The notes under the pieces were generated by a model. That model made no database searches, was not told the DNA's origin, and saw only the letters and a list, made by a program, of their open reading frames with translations. The position numbers and the translations under genes were made by a program. Of a DNA stretch of 34,938 nucleotides, positions 32,103 to 34,938 are shown piece by piece; within the stretch, counting starts at the first letter, position 1, and every line of letters begins with the position of its first letter. Origin of the DNA: a virus (taxonomy: Duplodnaviria > Caudoviricetes); the IMG/VR virus record IMGVR_UViG_3300023118_000124, positions 1 to 34,938 of that record. One strand, 5' to 3'.

Positions 32103-34874
32103 ATGGACAGGAATATTACTTATCAATTCACAGCCGGCACTCAAGGTTTTGATCGCGCAGTTGAAAGTATAGAGCGCAATATGCGTGATGCCCGTGCGAC
32201 GTTTGGTCGCGAGCTGAGAGCAATCAACACCGAGATGGTCGGTAGTCAAACCCGGCTCGCTCGTTTTGGTCCGGCAGTCAATGAAGCGTTCTCCGGCGTC
32301 AGTACCATCATGCGTTCGGGGCTCGGTGGTGTGGCGGCTGGCATTGCCGGTGTGTTTGGTCTTGGCGCTTTCAAGCTGGGTCAAATCGTTAGCGATAGCA
32401 AGGACGCGGTGATCCAACAAGAGTCTGCTTATCGTGGTCTGGAAGCGGTGGCCAATCATGCTGGCGTCGGTATTGGCCGGGCCATGGATGAGGCCAATAA
32501 GCTCGCCTCCGACGGCTTGCTCAGCGTCGGTGACGCGGCCAAAGCCCTGCAAAACCTGCTCAGTCGTGGCTACAACGTCGACCAGTCCGTGGCGGTGATC
32601 AACCGCCTGAAGGACGCTGCAGCGTTCAACCGGCAAGCCAATCTCAGCATGTCGGAAGCAGTTGTGTCGGCCACCGAGGGTTTGAAAAACGAAAACTCGG
32701 TGTTGGTGGATAACGCCGGTGTCACCAAAAACGTCGCTAAAATGTGGGACGAATACGCCAAAAGTATTGGTACTAGCCGTGACAAGTTGTCCGACTCGCA
32801 AAAGATCACGGCCGAATACAACGGCATTATGAAAGAGACCGAGGCCCAGGTCGGTAATGCTGCCAAGGCGGCAGATGGGTTGACCGGCAGCCAGGCCGAG
32901 CTCGACTCCAAAAGCAACCAGCTGCAGGTCACCATCGGTACCATTCTTGAGCCTGTCTTCATCAGCCTGAACAAGCGGCTGTCTGAGACTGCCAGTTGGT
33001 TCAATAACCTCCTGAAAAGCATGACGGGGGTTGGGGTGACCGTTGATGAGGTCGCTGCCAATGTCGCCCGCTATGAACAAGTGCTGTCGAATTTCACGGC
33101 AGGTCCACGTGCTGGAGGCAGTAAGGCACCGCTTGAAGCCACACTGGCCGAGGAGCGCCTGCTGCTGGAAAACATGCAGTTGGTGTCCAACAAGCTAGAA
33201 GAAGTGGACGCGGGTATGCGCTCCCGTTCCGCTCGCATCGAAGAGCAGCGGCGCAAAGTGGCCGAGATGGCCGCGACCGGTAATACAGCCCTGACCAAGG
33301 CACCACAACAGGGCAGGACAAGTCCGACCGCTTACGGCGTTGAAGTCGCCCGGTTGACCAAGCTGGAGCAGGCATACGCTGCAGCGGTCGAGCATCGGAA
33401 AAAAGTGGTTGAGTACACGACGCCTCCTAAAAAAGCGGATGACCCGGTGAGCGCGCCGGCGAAGACCAAGTCACGGGTCAGTGAGTGGGCCGAAGCATTG
33501 GACGCGCAGAAGGTCGCTCACGCCCAGCAGCAGGCCGAGCAGGGCACGTTTCTGCAGTTCTCCGAACAGCAGGAAATGCAGTACTGGCAGGGCATTCTCA
33601 AGCGTACGGATTTGAGCGCGGCCGAACGCTTGAGCGTTCAACGCAATTACCTGGCGTCATTGAATGCGTTGCGCCGGCAGGACGAAGGCCAGGCCTTTGC
33701 CGATCTGCAGGCCCAGGCACAGCAGTACCGCAACAATATGGACGCGCGCCTGCAGATCGCTCAGCAGACATTAGAGCGCAGCCGGCAACTCTACGGCCAG
33801 GACAGTCAGGAATACCGCAAGGCTGCGGCTGAGGTGGTTGCTGTCGAGCGCGAAAAGCAGCAGCAAATCACCAACATGAAACAGCAACAGCTGGCCGCTG
33901 ATCAGCAGGCGCGGCTTACCGATGTTGCCCATGCCGAACAGATGGCCCAGCTGGATCTGCAGGCCAACCTGATCACCCAAGGCCAACTGCTGCAGGCCCA
34001 AGCCGAGTTCGAAAAGCAACGGTATGCGATCGAAGCTCAGGCATTGGCCGAGCGTAAAGCACTGCTGGAGCAGGATCCTGACCGTAACCCGGTCGCCCTG
34101 CAGCAGGTCCAGCAGCAGATCCTGGCGCTGGAGCAAACCCACCGAAACAGCATGGCGGTGATGGGCAGGCAGCAAACCTTGGAGTCGCAAAGTAACTGGA
34201 CGGGCATGGTCGACAGTTTGCGTACCAGTTGGTCGAGCGGGTTGAGCGGGATCTTGAGCGGCACCTTGAGCACCCAGGGCCTGCTGCGTGGGATCTTCAC
34301 GAGCATCGGGACCGCATTCGTTGAAAACATGGTCACGAAGCCATTGATGGCCTGGATTTTTGGAGAGACGGCTAAAACCGGTGCGACGGTAGTCGGAGTT
34401 GGCGTTCGAACGGCAGCAGAGGCGGGCGGTGCAGCTATGTCCGTGGCGATCTGGGGTGCGGCGACGATCAAGAACATCATCGCCAGCGCCTGGCAAGCCA
34501 TGGCTGGTGCTTTCGCAGCCATGTCCGCCATTCCAATCATTGGTCCGATCCTCGGTGCGGCGGCTGCAGTGGCTGCCGGCGCATTCGTATTTGGCCTGGT
34601 GAAAAACGTCGCCTCTGCCGAGGGCGGCTACGACATCCCCGCTGGTACCAATCCCATGACGCAACTCCACGAGCAGGAAATGGTGCTGCCCAAGCAATAC
34701 GCCAATGTCATTCGCCAGGCAGCCAATGGCGAAGGGCAGTTGGGAGGCGCTGGCAACAGCTATCACTACCACGACAACAGCGGGCGAATGTCACCTGCTG
34801 ATATTCGGCGTGGTGCCCGGGTGCTGGCCGAGGAAATGCAGAAAATGCGGCGCAACGGCGCCATCAAAACTTAG
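32103..34874 (+). CDS. Tape measure protein
   Basis: 923 aa, Ala/Gln-rich helical, LVDNAGVTKN, C-terminal ASAEGGYDIP..QLHEQEMVLP; GAGG RBS. Confidence 0.92.
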   Translation: MDRNITYQFTAGTQGFDRAVESIERNMRDARATFGRELRAINTEMVGSQTRLARFGPAVNEAFSGVSTIMRSGLGGVAAGIAGVFGLGAFKLGQIVSDSKDAVIQQESAYRGLEAVANHAGVGIGRAMDEANKLASDGLLSVGDAAKALQNLLSRGYNVDQSVAVINRLKDAAAFNRQANLSMSEAVVSATEGLKNENSVLVDNAGVTKNVAKMWDEYAKSIGTSRDKLSDSQKITAEYNGIMKETEAQVGNAAKAADGLTGSQAELDSKSNQLQVTIGTILEPVFISLNKRLSETASWFNNLLKSMTGVGVTVDEVAANVARYEQVLSNFTAGPRAGGSKAPLEATLAEERLLLENMQLVSNKLEEVDAGMRSRSARIEEQRRKVAEMAATGNTALTKAPQQGRTSPTAYGVEVARLTKLEQAYAAAVEHRKKVVEYTTPPKKADDPVSAPAKTKSRVSEWAEALDAQKVAHAQQQAEQGTFLQFSEQQEMQYWQGILKRTDLSAAERLSVQRNYLASLNALRRQDEGQAFADLQAQAQQYRNNMDARLQIAQQTLERSRQLYGQDSQEYRKAAAEVVAVEREKQQQITNMKQQQLAADQQARLTDVAHAEQMAQLDLQANLITQGQLLQAQAEFEKQRYAIEAQALAERKALLEQDPDRNPVALQQVQQQILALEQTHRNSMAVMGRQQTLESQSNWTGMVDSLRTSWSSGLSGILSGTLSTQGLLRGIFTSIGTAFVENMVTKPLMAWIFGETAKTGATVVGVGVRTAAEAGGAAMSVAIWGAATIKNIIASAWQAMAGAFAAMSAIPIIGPILGAAAAVAAGAFVFGLVKNVASAEGGYDIPAGTNPMTQLHEQEMVLPKQYANVIRQAANGEGQLGGAGNSYHYHDNSGRMSPADIRRGARVLAEEMQKMRRNGAIKT

Positions 34875-34882
34875 GGGGCGAG

Positions 34883-34938
34883 ATGTCGTTAGGACCTTTT
34901 TGGCCGGCGCGCTGGATCGCCAATTACCCCGATATGGG
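34883..34938 (+). CDS. Start of next tail gene (partial)
   Basis: ATG after GGGGG, open to window edge (MSLGPFWPARWIANYPDM). Confidence 0.5.
   Translation, partial: MSLGPFWPARWIANYPDM

Larger units (their letters stand above)
3274..34938. mobile_element. Lambdoid (siphovirus-type) prophage integrated at tRNA-Thr(UGU); right end outside window
   Basis: tRNA-fragment att, tyrosine integrase, cI/cro, replication, holin, terminase, portal, capsid, tail tube and tape measure in canonical order. Confidence 0.95.

Noticed and set aside
32007-34772. Long minus ORFs (357 and 333 aa) and Gln-rich periodicity
   Set aside because: Antisense shadows; periodicity is normal for tape measure proteins

Overview
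GC-rich, Pseudomonas-like DNA (GTAG-type REPs, PrtR/PrtN/PA0612-14-like genes). Bases 1-~3260 are host-side sequence: a TonB-dependent siderophore receptor with an N-terminal signalling domain that runs off the left edge, a decayed fecR, two REPs and a terminator. From ~3274 to the right edge is a lambdoid siphovirus-type prophage. Its left junction is the 3' half of a tRNA-Thr(UGU). In order, it carries a DUF2335 two-gene moron; integrase and xis; a leftward early operon (PAPS-reductase family, frameshifted MTase, C5 MTase with six internal repeats, HD hydrolase, PrtN-like, KilAC); a cI/cro switch with operators; CII, TraR, primase-VapE and a PA0613-like regulator; a P-box late promoter with terminator-bounded morons; a holin, cos and lambda-type packaging genes; a Mu gpT-like capsid; and tail genes with a -1 frameshift chaperone and a tape measure. 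The most unusual signals are RNA-level: an antisense AT-rich moron encoding an Hfq/Sm-like protein, a self-contained candidate sRNA with an anti-Shine-Dalgarno segment complementary to early-operon RBSs, and ACCAC-loop hairpins recurring on the sense strand of both early operons. Family assignments come from motif recognition by eye, not from database searches.
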